Part shown: piece by piece, positions 9,314 through 19,287 of the stretch
Numbering within the stretch: the first letter of the stretch is position 1
Layout: each line of letters opens with the position of its first letter
Notes under the pieces: generated by a model
What the model saw: only the letters and a program-made list of their open reading frames with translations
What the model was told of the DNA's origin: nothing
Databases searched by the model: none
Source of the DNA: Candidatus Binatus sp.
GTDB lineage: Bacteria > Desulfobacterota > Binatia > Binatales > Binataceae
Direction of reading: 5' to 3'
Assembly (NCBI RefSeq): GCF_049584895.1
Contig: NZ_JBAUYR010000036.1
Span: 122,191 to 186,190 of the forward strand
Length of the DNA: 64,000 bases
Position numbers and translations under genes: made by a program

Positions 9314-11005
9314 TCAGACCTTTCCGGCCGACGGCAGAATTTTCTGCCGCTCGTAATCTGCAGTCACAGTATCAATTGAGTCCGCCTGCTCCGGCGACTT
9401 GTCGTCGCGGATGCGCACGATACGCGCGAATCGCAACGCCATGCCGGCGGCATAGTTCGGACTGCGCTGGATGTCATTGTAAGCGACCTCGACCACGACT
9501 TCGGGGCGGACGCTCACGACTCCATGCGACTCCGCGGTCTTGAGCGCGAGCAGCCGCTCCGTCATCGCGCGAAATTGTTCGTCGCTGAGACCCTTGAACG
9601 TCTTACCGAGCATCGCAAAGCCACCGCTCTGGTCGCGCGCCGCGAGATGGTAATTGGACAGCCAGCCGTGGCGGCGTCCGTAGCCCCACTCCGCCGCGAC
9701 GATCACCAGGTCGAGCGTGCGTGTATGCTTTATCTTGAGCCATCCGCGCCCGCGCGCGCCCGGCGTGTAGGCGCTCGAGAGCGACTTCGCCATCACGCCT
9801 TCATATCCGGCAGCCACCGCTTCCGCGTAAAATTTTTCGGCGTCAGCGAGATTCGGCTTGATGATTCGTTCGACGATTTCCAGCCCGGCTGACGACTGCA
9901 ATTCCTCGAGCATCGAAATTCTTTCCGCCCACGGACGATCGATCGTCAGCTCGCCGTCGAGTGCGAGCACGTCGAACACGTACAGCTTCAACGGCTGCTC
10001 GACGCGCGCCTTCTCGACCTCGCGAGTGCGTCCAAACCGACGCATCAGATCCTGAAATGCGGCCGGCCGCCCCGACGCGTCGACGCCGATCACTTCGCCG
10101 TCGAGGATCGCGTGACGCACGCCGATTCGATTCACAACCTCGACCACGTCGGGAATGCTCTCGGTAATCTCGTTCAGCCTGCGCGAAAAAATCCGCACAC
10201 CGCCATTTTCGTTGCCCGCATGATGTATCTGCACGCGCGCCCCGTCGAGCTTGTGCTCGAACGATAGCTCCGGGCCCAGCGTGGCGAACGCTTCCGCAAT
10301 ATCGTCAACCGGAAACGCGAGCATCGGCTTGAGCGGCTTGACTGCGCGCGTGCTCGGCGAAGAATCGCTCACCCCGGATTTTTCCGTGCCGGCCGGCGAC
10401 CGGATCATTCGCACCACGCGCCCGAGGTCGGCCTCCAGCATATGCAGCCGGCGAACTTCGGTGACCGGCCGCGCGCTCATTTTTGCGATTGCCTCGAGCA
10501 TCAGCCCTTCGCTGACGCCATGGCGCATCTCGCCGATCAGGATCTTCGCGATGTACTTGCCTTCGAACGCCGATGCGCGCGTAAACAACTCGCGCAATGC
10601 ATCGAGCTTGCGGTTGCGCGCGTGGCGCCCCTCGATCGCAGCAATCTCGGCGAGTTTTTCATTGAGCTCGCGAATCGTAAGCGTGGGTTCGGGATCGGCG
10701 CCGCGAAGCTTGAGCGTCATCTCGACCGCCTCGCCAAAATCCTCGGCGGCGGTGAAAATATCCTCGCCCTGGTCCGCGCTGTCGGTCATCTCGGCGACGA
10801 TTTTCCAAATTGCGCGGCCGCTTATCTGCAGGCGCTTCTCCTCGCCCTGCTCGACCGCGCGCCCGACCATGAATCGCGCCGCTATTTCCGCCTCGTCAAC
10901 GTCGAGCGCAGCCAGGAAGGTGCCCACCTCTTCGGCCATCTGCAGCCGGCTCTGAGTCTGGCTGAGCGATTGGCAGACGACCGCGAAATCGTAAAACGAA
11001 GGCAT
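9314..11005 (-). CDS. ATP-dependent DNA ligase (LigB/Lig-I-like, no LigD polymerase/nuclease domains)
   Basis: Adenylation motif I 'KLDGAR', motif 'EGVMAK', motif 'WLKIK'. 563 aa with N-terminal DNA-binding domain. Confidence 0.9.
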   Translation of the reverse strand: MPSFYDFAVVCQSLSQTQSRLQMAEEVGTFLAALDVDEAEIAARFMVGRAVEQGEEKRLQISGRAIWKIVAEMTDSADQGEDIFTAAEDFGEAVEMTLKLRGADPEPTLTIRELNEKLAEIAAIEGRHARNRKLDALRELFTRASAFEGKYIAKILIGEMRHGVSEGLMLEAIAKMSARPVTEVRRLHMLEADLGRVVRMIRSPAGTEKSGVSDSSPSTRAVKPLKPMLAFPVDDIAEAFATLGPELSFEHKLDGARVQIHHAGNENGGVRIFSRRLNEITESIPDVVEVVNRIGVRHAILDGEVIGVDASGRPAAFQDLMRRFGRTREVEKARVEQPLKLYVFDVLALDGELTIDRPWAERISMLEELQSSAGLEIVERIIKPNLADAEKFYAEAVAAGYEGVMAKSLSSAYTPGARGRGWLKIKHTRTLDLVIVAAEWGYGRRHGWLSNYHLAARDQSGGFAMLGKTFKGLSDEQFRAMTERLLALKTAESHGVVSVRPEVVVEVAYNDIQRSPNYAAGMALRFARIVRIRDDKSPEQADSIDTVTADYERQKILPSAGKV

Positions 11006-11007
11006 TA

Positions 11008-11092
11008 GTCATCCTGACGAAGCGAGCATCGCGAGCGGCAGGAACTGGCTTCTTGCCTCGGGACAGCCTCGCGCCAGCGAAGCCGCTTCCGG
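11008..11092 (-). repeat. copy 1 of an approximately 80-nt structured intergenic repeat (5' leader of the ligase gene); the second copy is at 53852..53927
   Basis: Roughly 80% identity to 53852-53927 in inverted orientation. Conserved hairpin C[CT]TCGC-tgnc-GCGAGG. Conserved UCCU(G)...AGGAUGAC, with AGGA acting as the ligase SD 7 nt before the ATG. Confidence 0.5.
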
Positions 11093-11124
11093 TTTTGAAA
11101 AATCGTGCAGCGCTCCTTTTGATT

Positions 11125-11940
11125 TCACGCCGCGATCGGATGCGATTTCACGAACGGCACGAATACTTTCAGGAATTCCTCGCGCGCGTCGGACATGAAC
11201 GCGTGTCCGACGCCCGGGATGATATGTAATTTCGCGCCGGGAATTTGCGACGCGATTATTTCCGAGTTCTTCGCGGGTATCAGCACGTCCTCGGCGCCGG
11301 TGACCACCAAAGTCGGCGCTTTGATCTGCGCCAGCCGGTCGAAAGTCTTGAGGGTGTAAGTCGCTTCGAGCTGACGCTGGAACGCAAACGGTGGCGTCGG
11401 ATGTTTCAACAGGCGCGGAATCGCAGCCTCGAGCAAGTCGCGATGCTCCGCGATGTATTTTGGAGTATGTCCCAGCGGCCATCCGCGCCGAATCACGTCT
11501 TCGGGCGAAACACCCTCGCGCGGCGCGGTCAGAATTTTCAAAGATTCGGGCGGCGGCGGCACTGAATGCGTACCGCCCGCCGTCGTGCATCCGAGCGTGA
11601 CGGTCGCCGTTCGCTTCGGATGCCGCAGCGCGAACTCCTGCGCGATCATCCCGCCCATCGACACACCAAAAATATGCACCCGCGGAACGTCGAGCTTGTC
11701 GAGCACGCCCGCCGCGTCATCGGCGAACATCTCGATCGAGTACGGTGCGTCGGGCTTGTCGCTCTGCCCGGTGCCGCGATTGTCGAAGGTGATTACGCGC
11801 AACGTGCGCGCGAGGTCGGTTACCAGCTCCGGATCCCACTGCGCTGAACTCGCGCCGAGTCCCATGATCATCAGCAAGGGCTCGCCCTTCCCGGCAACGT
11901 CGTAGTTGAGGTTCACATCGCCGACTTGAATCTTTGGCAT
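11125..11940 (-). CDS. alpha/beta-fold hydrolase
   Basis: Nucleophile elbow 'GVSMGG'. HG oxyanion motif 'IMGLGAS'. 271 aa. Confidence 0.85.
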   Translation of the reverse strand: MPKIQVGDVNLNYDVAGKGEPLLMIMGLGASSAQWDPELVTDLARTLRVITFDNRGTGQSDKPDAPYSIEMFADDAAGVLDKLDVPRVHIFGVSMGGMIAQEFALRHPKRTATVTLGCTTAGGTHSVPPPPESLKILTAPREGVSPEDVIRRGWPLGHTPKYIAEHRDLLEAAIPRLLKHPTPPFAFQRQLEATYTLKTFDRLAQIKAPTLVVTGAEDVLIPAKNSEIIASQIPGAKLHIIPGVGHAFMSDAREEFLKVFVPFVKSHPIAA

Positions 11941-11950
11941 CTTGATATCC

Positions 11951-12388
11951 TCACTTGTTAGCGCAGAATCCCTGCTTCTTCATGTACTCGACTGAGTTCT
12001 CGGTCAGCGCCGCGTCCGGCGTAGCGTCGGCCCGATAGACCGACGTATGCTGCGGATCGTAATAGCACATCAGCTTGATATTCTGACCCGCGGGAATTTG
12101 AAATTCGATTGAATCGGGAAGACTGGGCGGTCCGTAGGACGGCATCGGTATCGTCGCCTTCTGCTCCGTCTGCGGCGCCGCGGTCCCTCCCACGGCCTGG
12201 CACATCTTGATCGCATCGATCCGGCAACTGCCGGGTGCAGCTGGCTTCATCTGCATGCTCGCCAGATCCATCCCGGGCGGAGTTGGTCGCTCCTGCTTGC
12301 TCGAGCACGACGCGATACAAGTCGCGATCGTCATCAGGATAGTCAGCGCGCTGGCTGGTCTGATCATGATCGGGACTCGCCTTTTCAA
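11951..12388 (-). CDS. hypothetical lipoprotein
   Basis: Signal peptide plus lipobox 'IASCSS'. 145 aa. ATGA overlap with the upstream GT2-MTase. Lower GC than neighbours. Confidence 0.6.
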   Translation of the reverse strand: MKRRVPIMIRPASALTILMTIATCIASCSSKQERPTPPGMDLASMQMKPAAPGSCRIDAIKMCQAVGGTAAPQTEQKATIPMPSYGPPSLPDSIEFQIPAGQNIKLMCYYDPQHTSVYRADATPDAALTENSVEYMKKQGFCANK

Positions 12389-13695
12389 GCCGCAGTCAAT
12401 GCAACCGCGGCGACATCAGCCTGCGCACGCTCCTCGAGCCCAGCCTTGCGGCATCGAAGGATCAGCTCGCTGCGCGCGATATAAGCAGTCTCCTCGATCA
12501 CGATTCCGTAGCGCGCCAGGATCTCACGGAGCTGGTCGAGTGTGTAATGCGTTATGTGCTCGTCTTTGTACCCGCCGGGCATCAGGAAACCGTAAATCGG
12601 TTCGATGATCCGCCAGCCAATCGTCGCATAGTCGGGCGTGCCGAGAATCAGCGTGCCTCCCGTACGGAGCACCCGCTGCATCTCACTGAAAATCGATTCG
12701 TCGTATCGGATATGCTCTATAACCTGCGAGCTCATCACGCAGTCGAACGAATCGTCCTTGAACGGCAGCGCGAACGCCGATCCCTGAACCAGGGGAATTT
12801 CGTAGCGGCGCAGAAATCGGAGCTTGGCGTAGTTGAAGTCCATGCCGACCACGTTGTTGAGACTCTGCACGATCAGGCTGGAACCGCATCCCGCATCGAG
12901 CACGCGATCCGCACCGCGCGCCCACAAGACCGTGATTCGATGGCGGCGGCGCTGCCAGTAGCGCTGCGGCGGAATTTTGCTATAGAAGGCGCGTTCGTCG
13001 TAGTCGGCGGACAAGAGCGAGTTGCGGATTTTCCACAGCGACAGCGAAGAACGGAAGATCTTCCAGCCGAAGCTGAAAAGCCTGGCGTGCGATCGGCCCG
13101 CGCCGCGCGGAAAATACGTGAACGGAACTTCCACCACGCTGAATCCGCTCGCATACGCCTTGACCAGGATTTCCTCCTGCACTTCGAAATTCGAGGACCT
13201 GAGCTCCAGCTCCTTGAACACCTCGCGCCGGTACAGCCGATAGCCGCTGGACATGTCCCGCACCGGTATCGAGAGCATCCGCCGCAACCCCTGGTTGAGA
13301 AACCAGCTGGTCGATCTGCGTATGAAGTCGGAGTATGCGACTCCCCCAAGCACGTAGCGCGACGCGACCACGATGTCCGCGCGCGTGCGGGCGCGCCACA
13401 TCTTGACCACGAAATCCGGGTCATGCGACTGGTCCGCGTCGAGCGTCAGCACGTAGTCGCCGCGCGCCTCCGCAATCCCTGTCTTCATAGCGCCCGCGTA
13501 TCCGCGCTGGCGTTCTTCAACCACCCGCGCGCCCAGCTCTCGAGCGACTTCGCTAGTGCCATCGGTTGACGGTCCGTCGATCACGATGATCTCATGGGTA
13601 ATGTGCTCGCGATCGAGCAACGAGATTAGCCTGGGGATCAACACCCGGAGGTTTTCGGCCTCGTTCATGACCGGTAAGATTACGGACATATCCAT
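12385..13695 (-). CDS. bifunctional glycosyltransferase family 2 (DPM1-like) / class I SAM-dependent methyltransferase
   Basis: N-terminal GT2 motifs 'ILPVMNE', 'DGPSTDGT', 'DADQSH'. C-terminal MTase motif I 'VLDAGCGSS'. 436 aa. Confidence 0.85.
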   Translation of the reverse strand: MDMSVILPVMNEAENLRVLIPRLISLLDREHITHEIIVIDGPSTDGTSEVARELGARVVEERQRGYAGAMKTGIAEARGDYVLTLDADQSHDPDFVVKMWRARTRADIVVASRYVLGGVAYSDFIRRSTSWFLNQGLRRMLSIPVRDMSSGYRLYRREVFKELELRSSNFEVQEEILVKAYASGFSVVEVPFTYFPRGAGRSHARLFSFGWKIFRSSLSLWKIRNSLLSADYDERAFYSKIPPQRYWQRRRHRITVLWARGADRVLDAGCGSSLIVQSLNNVVGMDFNYAKLRFLRRYEIPLVQGSAFALPFKDDSFDCVMSSQVIEHIRYDESIFSEMQRVLRTGGTLILGTPDYATIGWRIIEPIYGFLMPGGYKDEHITHYTLDQLREILARYGIVIEETAYIARSELILRCRKAGLEERAQADVAAVALTAA

Positions 13696-13790
13696 GAGGG
13701 TTCAGTTTCCTTTATGCTTCAACAAAATGGAATATGACCTGTTTGCGAACGTCGCGCGTCGGGCGCTCGCGTAGTAATCTCTTCAGGCGG

Positions 13791-15047
13791 ATGAGGACGG
13801 GCGTGCGGATAAAACCAATCTCGAAAATTATTGCGCTTGCAGTTATCGCTATTCTGGCGGCGAGCTCCACGCCTTCGCTGGCGAAGGTCATTCACCGCCA
13901 TCCCGTCGCGCCGACGGTCCATGAAGACGTAACCGCCGTTCCGCTGACGTCGATTCACGTCCTTGGAGACCGGCCTGCCCCCTTCGCTCTCGACGCGAGG
14001 GCCGCCTACATGATCGATGCCGACACTGGCGCGGTGCTGTACGCCTACAACGAGCACGACAAGATGCAGCCCGCCAGCCTCGCCAAGATCATGACCTTCT
14101 ATCTCTCCCTCGACGCGCTGAAGGCCGGCAAAATCACTCCTTCGACCGACGTCACTATCAGTGAAAATGCCTGGCGGCTCTCGATGAACGACACCGTCTC
14201 GCGGATGTTCCTGGGCGTCGGCCAAAAAGTCGCGGTGAACGATCTCCTGTACGGCCTGATGGTGTCGTCGGGCAACGACGCCGCGGTCGCGCTGGCGGAA
14301 TATCTCGGCAGCACCACCGACGGGTTCACCAGGATGATGAACGACAAGGCCACGGAAATCGGCCTCAAGGAGACTCACTTCAACAACCCCGACGGCTTGC
14401 CCGATCAAGGCGAGTTCACCACTGCCGCCGACATGGTCGCTCTCGCGCACTCGCTAGTGATTCATCATCCCGAAGCGCTCACCTACACCTCGGCCAAGGA
14501 ATTCACCTTCGACAAAATCTCGCAGCCGAATTTCAACAAGCTGCTTCTGCACGATCCTCGGGTCAATGGTATTAAGACCGGTCACGTCGACGAAGCGGGC
14601 TATCACCTGGTCGCGTCGGCGTCGTCGAACGGGATGCATCTGCTGTCGGCCGTGCTGGGCGCTCCGAGCGAGGCGCGGCGCGTGACAGAGTCCGAAAAAT
14701 TAATCGATTGGGCGTTTCGCACTTTCGTCAGCTATCGGCCTGATCTGAAAAAGGCGATGCCCCGGACGATACCGGTGCACGACGGCGTCGCTGAGACCGT
14801 CGCGATCGGACCGAACGGCGAGGCAGCGTTCACGCTCGGCCGCGGCGAAGAGACCAAGGTGACGGTTCAATTCGAGCCGTCTGTGAGATACGTCGATGCG
14901 CCCGTGCAACCCGGCACGCAGGTCGGAGATCTGACGGTGCTGCTCGCCGGCAAGCCGGAGTCGACGATTCCAATCGTCACCAAGGCGGGCGTCGAGCGCG
15001 CCGGATTCTTCGGTCGCCTGCGCCAGAAGATCGGCCGCATGCTGTAA
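13791..15047 (+). CDS. D-alanyl-D-alanine carboxypeptidase (PBP5/6 family, peptidase S11)
   Basis: Signal peptide from M at 13791. 'SLAKIMT' (SxxK), 'SGN', and PBP5 C-terminal domain present. The ORF-track start 13734 is an upstream extension. Confidence 0.85.
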   Translation: MRTGVRIKPISKIIALAVIAILAASSTPSLAKVIHRHPVAPTVHEDVTAVPLTSIHVLGDRPAPFALDARAAYMIDADTGAVLYAYNEHDKMQPASLAKIMTFYLSLDALKAGKITPSTDVTISENAWRLSMNDTVSRMFLGVGQKVAVNDLLYGLMVSSGNDAAVALAEYLGSTTDGFTRMMNDKATEIGLKETHFNNPDGLPDQGEFTTAADMVALAHSLVIHHPEALTYTSAKEFTFDKISQPNFNKLLLHDPRVNGIKTGHVDEAGYHLVASASSNGMHLLSAVLGAPSEARRVTESEKLIDWAFRTFVSYRPDLKKAMPRTIPVHDGVAETVAIGPNGEAAFTLGRGEETKVTVQFEPSVRYVDAPVQPGTQVGDLTVLLAGKPESTIPIVTKAGVERAGFFGRLRQKIGRML

Positions 15048-15058
15048 GCGCCGACGCG

Positions 15059-18000
15059 CTACGCGGTTAATTCTTCGATCAGCGCCTTCGCCTCGCGTAG
15101 ATCGTTCGTCTCGAATCCCTCGGTGAATTCCGCGTATGCCGGCGCCAGCGCTGCGCGAGCCTCGTCGCGCCTGCCGGTTTTCAACAACAGCCGCGCCAGG
15201 CTCGTCGCCGCGCGCAGTCTCCATGACTTCGCTCCCTGCCGCACGCCAATCTCAATTGCGCGCCGGAAGCATCGCTCTGCTTCGGCGGCGCCGTCGGGAC
15301 GCAGCAGAATCGCCGCGCCGCGAATCCTGTGAACTTCAACCTCGAGCAGGCGATGGTCCTTCTGCTCGATCCGTTGCCCAATCTGGTCGAGCGCGCGCAG
15401 GCATTCGTCTACTCGTTTCATCGTAAGATAAACTTCCGCCAGCATGATGAACGAGAACGTGTAGATCAGGTCGGCGCCGCTGGCGGCCAGGCTCTCGACG
15501 GCCTCTTTCAGCATCGCGAGGCCCGACGTCATCGCAGCTTCATCACCGCGAAACTCGCCCTCGCCGGCGATCGTTCGCGCCAGGCACATCTCTCCCGCCG
15601 CGAGCCAAAAGGGAAGTCCATTTTCGCGCGACAGTTCGATCAGAGTCTCCGAACGGGGCCGCACCTCGGCATACTCATATCGAAAATGCATCAGCACGAT
15701 CGCGTACAGGTTGGCAAACGCGACGCTGAAGGGGCGGCGAAGCTGCAGCGCCATTTCGATTGCCTCGTCCATTCGTCGTTTCGCCTGGTCCGGGTATCCG
15801 GCCATGTGAAGCGCCCACGCAAGATTGCAGCGCGAGGGCGTCACCGGTATCTGCATCATCGGCAAGTAAAGCTTCAGATCGCGGTCGAAAGCGTCGGCGG
15901 AGATCTCCAGATGTTCGCGCGCCGCCGGAAATTCTCCCAGCCACAGGCATGACGCCCCCATCGCATTGTGCGCGACCGCTGTCGCTAGATCGGTCTGCAT
16001 GCGGGCCGCCATCGTGAGCAGTCGGTCTGCGAGCACCCGGCTCTCGCGCAGTTGACCGTTGGCGTGATCGAAACTCCATAGCGCCGCCAGCACGCCGAAG
16101 ATTTCGGGTGTCTCTCCCGCGCGGCGGCAGAGTTCCTGCGCGCGCTGGATATTGGTCGCCAGCTCCTGCGACGAAAATCCCTGGACCGCAACCAGCAGCG
16201 GCCCCAGCAGCATCTGGATCTCTAGCTCGATCTGATCGCGCTCGCGCGATTCCGGCATCATGGCGATCAGCCGCAACCCCTCGCGCGCATAGCCGATCGC
16301 GTCGTTGTACGCCGACCTCGCCCCCGCCTGGTCGGCCGCGCGCCGCAAATACTCAATCGCCTTCGGTGCGTTGGCACTGCGGCTGTAGTGATGCGCCAGG
16401 TCGGCCACGTGATCGTCAAGCGTCGCCGCGAACATCTCTTCGAGCGCCATCGCCGTGCGCTCGTGGATCGCCCTGCGCCGCTGCATCAAGACCGAGTCGT
16501 ACGCGACTTCCTGCGTCAGCGCGTGCTTGAACGTGTATTCGTTTTCGGGAAAGGCCGGCTGCTCGTAGATGAACTCCGCCGCCTGCAGGTTCGATAACAT
16601 CGGGGCCAGCTCGTCATCGGGTTTGCCGACCACGCGCCGCACCAGGCCGATCGGAAATTCCTTGCCGATCACCGCGAGCGATTGCAGCAGGTCCTTGTCC
16701 GCCGCCGCCAGCTTGTCGATTCGCGCCGCCAGGATACCCTTGACGGTCGACGGTATCTGGATCGACGTCAGCGGCTTCGCGAGTGACACCACGGCACCGT
16801 CGCGCACCAGCACACCCTGATCGAACAGCACCTGAACCATCTCTTCCATGAAAAACGGATTGCCCTGGGTGCGCTCGATGATCGTAGCCTTCAACGGCGC
16901 CAGCGCGGGCGCGTCACCAATCATCGCCGTCAGCAGCTCGGCCGCGTTTTCGGGTCCGAGCGGATCGAGCCGCAACTGCGTGTAGTAGCTCTTGTTGCCC
17001 CAGTTGTGTCGATACTCGGGCCGATAGTTGACCATCATCAAAATCTGCGCGGTGCCGATCGAGTCGGCGAGGAGCTGCAACAGCGCTTCGGACTCCGCGT
17101 CGACCCAGTGCAGGTCCTCGAAAATAAGCATCAGCGGCTGATTCAGGCTCTCGCGCACGATCAGACTCTTGACCGCCTCGCGCGTGCGACGGCGTCGAAT
17201 CGAAGGATCCATCCCCTCCAGACCGGCCTCGCCGATCGGAATTCCTAGCAGCGCGAACAGATGCGGCAGCGTATCTTCCAGCGCGCGATCCAGCGCCAGC
17301 ACCTTGCCGGTGACCTTCTCGCGCCGCGTGCGCTCGTCGTCGCGATCGGCAATTCGAAAATATGTCTTCAGCAGATCGACCACCGGCAGATACGCCGACG
17401 CTTTGCCATGCGAGAACGAAAACGCCTCGAGCACGACGCACTCGGCTTGGCGTCGGGTCTTGAATTCGTAAAAGAGGCGCGACTTGCCGACTCCCGCCTC
17501 GGCCATCGCCGCAACGATCTGCCCATGCCCGCCGCGCGCCAGCTCGAGCGCCTTGTCGAGTTGCTCCAGCTCCGCACGCCGGCCCACGAACTTCGACAAC
17601 CCGCGCGACGCCGACATCTGCAGCCGCGTCCTGAGCGGACCGATCCCAATCACCTCGTACACATTGATCGGATCGCTGACGCCCTTGATTCGCGCCGGGC
17701 CGAGCGGTTTCAAATCGAAGTAGCCGGCCGTGAGTTTCTGAGTCTGCTCCGTGATAACGATCGATCCGGTCGGCGCCAGCGTCTGCATCCGCGCCGCCAG
17801 GCTCATCGAATGTCCAATCGGCGTGTATTCGGTATGCGCGTCGTCGGTGCGAATCGATCGCACCACCACTTCGCCCGTGTTGAGTCCGACGCGAATTTCG
17901 ACCGGCGGATTTCCCGCCGCGCGCAAACCCGCCGAATACTTCGCCATGTCCTCCTGCACCCGCAGCGCAGCGTAAAGTCCGCGCTGGGCATGGTCCTCAT

Positions 18001-18478
18001 GCGCGACCGGCGCGCCGAACAGCGCGAAGATTCCGTCGCCGGTGGACTGCACGATGTAACCGTCGTAGCGATGCATCGCGTCGATCATCAGCTTCAGCGC
18101 CGGATCGACAATCGCCCGCGCCTCCTCAGGATCGAGCCCCTCCATCAGGTCCATCGATCCCTTGATATCCGCAAACAGCGCCGTGACGGTCTTGCGCTCT
18201 CCCCCCGCCGCGTCAGCAGCATCCTGCTCCAACCTGACGCGAACCGCGGGCTCGACCATCGGCTTAGAGACCTTGACGCTGGCGACCGCTTCCCGAGCCA
18301 ACGTCAGCGCAGTGCCGCATTCACCGCAAAATTTGAATTCGGGCTGATTTTCGAATCCGCAGCGCGAACACTTGTTACGAAGCGCAGCCCCACAACCGCC
18401 GCAAAACTTCATCCCGCCCGGATTTTCCGTCCCGCAACTGGAACATCGCATCGCGATGAGTTTATCCCGCCAACCCAC
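15059..18478 (-). CDS. multidomain signalling ATPase: N-terminal triple zinc ribbon, class III adenylate/guanylate cyclase domain, AAA/STAND-type NTPase, TPR/helical C-terminus
   Basis: Zinc ribbons 'CSSCG..CGGCG..CSRCG..CGECG'. Cyclase 'TALFADIKGS...GDGIFALFGAP'. P-loop 'AGVGKSRL'. 1139 aa. Confidence 0.85.
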   Translation of the reverse strand: MGWRDKLIAMRCSSCGTENPGGMKFCGGCGAALRNKCSRCGFENQPEFKFCGECGTALTLAREAVASVKVSKPMVEPAVRVRLEQDAADAAGGERKTVTALFADIKGSMDLMEGLDPEEARAIVDPALKLMIDAMHRYDGYIVQSTGDGIFALFGAPVAHEDHAQRGLYAALRVQEDMAKYSAGLRAAGNPPVEIRVGLNTGEVVVRSIRTDDAHTEYTPIGHSMSLAARMQTLAPTGSIVITEQTQKLTAGYFDLKPLGPARIKGVSDPINVYEVIGIGPLRTRLQMSASRGLSKFVGRRAELEQLDKALELARGGHGQIVAAMAEAGVGKSRLFYEFKTRRQAECVVLEAFSFSHGKASAYLPVVDLLKTYFRIADRDDERTRREKVTGKVLALDRALEDTLPHLFALLGIPIGEAGLEGMDPSIRRRRTREAVKSLIVRESLNQPLMLIFEDLHWVDAESEALLQLLADSIGTAQILMMVNYRPEYRHNWGNKSYYTQLRLDPLGPENAAELLTAMIGDAPALAPLKATIIERTQGNPFFMEEMVQVLFDQGVLVRDGAVVSLAKPLTSIQIPSTVKGILAARIDKLAAADKDLLQSLAVIGKEFPIGLVRRVVGKPDDELAPMLSNLQAAEFIYEQPAFPENEYTFKHALTQEVAYDSVLMQRRRAIHERTAMALEEMFAATLDDHVADLAHHYSRSANAPKAIEYLRRAADQAGARSAYNDAIGYAREGLRLIAMMPESRERDQIELEIQMLLGPLLVAVQGFSSQELATNIQRAQELCRRAGETPEIFGVLAALWSFDHANGQLRESRVLADRLLTMAARMQTDLATAVAHNAMGASCLWLGEFPAAREHLEISADAFDRDLKLYLPMMQIPVTPSRCNLAWALHMAGYPDQAKRRMDEAIEMALQLRRPFSVAFANLYAIVLMHFRYEYAEVRPRSETLIELSRENGLPFWLAAGEMCLARTIAGEGEFRGDEAAMTSGLAMLKEAVESLAASGADLIYTFSFIMLAEVYLTMKRVDECLRALDQIGQRIEQKDHRLLEVEVHRIRGAAILLRPDGAAEAERCFRRAIEIGVRQGAKSWRLRAATSLARLLLKTGRRDEARAALAPAYAEFTEGFETNDLREAKALIEELTA

Positions 18479-18520
18479 ACTTGGCCTAACGGGTTGAGCT
18501 AAGCGCGCGGATTCTTCTGT

Positions 18521-18555
18521 TCCCCTCTCCTGAAGGGAGAGGGGTCAGGGGAGAG
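18521..18555. repeat. GC-rich palindromic REP-like hairpin CCCCTCTCC-tgaag-GGAGAGGGG followed by partial repeat GGGGAGAGG
   Basis: Perfect 9-bp stem immediately 3' of the DUF2461 gene (minus strand). Thematically related to the CCCCTTCCC...GGGAAGGGG palindromes at 29966 and 33156. Confidence 0.5.
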
Positions 18556-18587
18556 GTCGCGCGCGATTCAGGATTCCGCCTCCGCCT

Positions 18588-19277
18588 TCACCACTTCAGG
18601 CCCATCGCCTCGGTCAGGAACTTCATGAACAGCGACGATGCCGCGCACGCTTTGCAGAACAGATCCATGAACTCGGCCGAACAGACTTCTTTCCGCGTGA
18701 ACTCTGTACCACCGATGAAATCCTTGCGCTTCAGGTCCTCGATCATCGGATGCTCGCCATCGTAGCCCTTCGGCGGACGCGACAGCATGTCGCCCATCAT
18801 CTCGAAACGCGCCTTGAATTTTTTATCGTTGATGGCGCTCTTCCATTTCGACGGATGCGCGACGATCGCATCGCGGATCTTCGCGACCGTGTCCGCATCC
18901 GGATGCCACACGCCGACGCCCGCGAAAGCCTCCGCCGGCGACAGCGACAAGTAGAACGACGGCGACCCGTGATGACGCGCGCCGTCGCGATGCCCGAACG
19001 CTGCAGACGCGTTGATGTGATACGGCGTCTTGTCGCGCGAGAATCGCAGATTCCGATAGATGCGCATCATCGATCCGCCGATCGGCCGCGGGTCCGCTAC
19101 GTAGCATGCACTGATCTTTCGCAGCCGCGGCGCGAAGTCCGCGATGAACGCGAGCATCGGCTCGCGCACGTCGTGCTCGTAGCGCGCCTTGTTGGCTGCG
19201 AACCACTCGCGATTGTTGTTGCGGCTCAGCTCTTCGAAGAATTCGAAAAAACGCGGAGTGAAGTAGCGCGTCGCCAT
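18588..19277 (-). CDS. DUF2461 (TIGR02453) family protein
   Basis: 'FFEELSRNNNREWFAANKARYEHDV' and 'RIYRNLRFSRDKTPY' match the family. Start at ATG 19277 ('MATRYF'). The ORF-track extension to 19427 overlaps the upstream gene. Confidence 0.75.
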   Translation of the reverse strand: MATRYFTPRFFEFFEELSRNNNREWFAANKARYEHDVREPMLAFIADFAPRLRKISACYVADPRPIGGSMMRIYRNLRFSRDKTPYHINASAAFGHRDGARHHGSPSFYLSLSPAEAFAGVGVWHPDADTVAKIRDAIVAHPSKWKSAINDKKFKARFEMMGDMLSRPPKGYDGEHPMIEDLKRKDFIGGTEFTRKEVCSAEFMDLFCKACAASSLFMKFLTEAMGLKW

Positions 19278-19287
19278 CGCCCGCGCG

